Below, in pieces: positions 63,426 to 64,000 of a stretch of 64,000 bases of DNA. A program made the translations under genes and the position numbers. Position 1 is the first letter of the stretch. Every line of letters begins with the position of its first letter. The notes under the pieces are model-generated. The model worked only from the letters and a program-made list of their open reading frames with translations, had not been told where the DNA came from and made no database searches. The DNA comes from Mobula hypostoma (lineage: Eukaryota), in contig NC_086124.1 of assembly GCF_963921235.1 (NCBI RefSeq), forward strand, positions 24,366,001 through 24,430,000, read 5' to 3'.

Positions 63426-64000
63426 CACCTCTGGGTGATGTTTCCTCCGGGTGCTCCAGATTCCTCCCACATTCCAATGACGTACAGGTTAGGGTTAGTG
63501 AGTCATGCTCACGTTACGTTGGTACCGGAAGTGTGGTGACGCTTATGGGCAGCGCCCAGCCCACTTGTTGATGATTTGATTTGACACAGTTTTCACTGTT
63601 GTCAGTCATGCAAATCCTTAGGGATACTGTCACACTCAGATGTGGAAGGATTCGTCGTTGCTGTTTGCATAACAATTTTGTTTGCTAGTCAGGTTTATTG
63701 TCCTGGGCTAAACCCCCTGAACCTGGAGGACTGGTGAACCACTCTTAATCTGGCCTCTACCCTTTGACCTGTATGGCACGGCTGACCCTACCAAGAGCCA
63801 AAGCGTAAAGCCCGGACTGCAGCCAACATACTTCTCCAGCTCTAAACCGTACGACAAGATTGTGGTCCTCTTCGACGTGTATTCAGCTTTGGTCACCTCA
63901 TTATAGGAAGGATGTGGAAGGAGAGGGTGCAGGGGAGATTCAGCAGGATACTACCTTGACTAGGAGACATGTGTAATGAGGATAAGTCAAGCGAGCTGGG

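Overview
This is repeat-rich vertebrate genomic DNA, inferred from its CR1/L1/Rex1/Tc1/hAT repeat mix to be a cartilaginous fish and probably a ray. Most ORF-track entries are retroelement fragments or noise. The main host-gene signal is two same-strand, tandem, deeply diverged and decayed MHC-like genes: copy 1 at about 23.6-28.9 kb and copy 2 at about 38.05-55.5 kb. In copy 2 a signal-peptide exon is followed by a single membrane-distal exon of class I alpha2/class II beta1 type and then a 282-nt Ig-C1 exon with class I alpha3 motifs (GFYP, LPNxDGTFQ). Copy 1 shows the same distal and Ig exons plus a decayed Gly-containing TM exon. A two-domain class II layout with class I-type residues best fits a W-category beta (WB-like) chain. 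No alpha-chain partner was found in the window. The rest includes an internally deleted ERV-like provirus (LTR, tRNA-Asn-like PBS, gag-like, env TM remnant, PPT, LTR) with three nested insertions, a four-layer Tc1-MITE>hAT>L1>CR1 nest inside intron 2 of copy 2, solo LTRs with TSDs and many SINE/CR1 fragments. All calls were made by eye, with no database searches.
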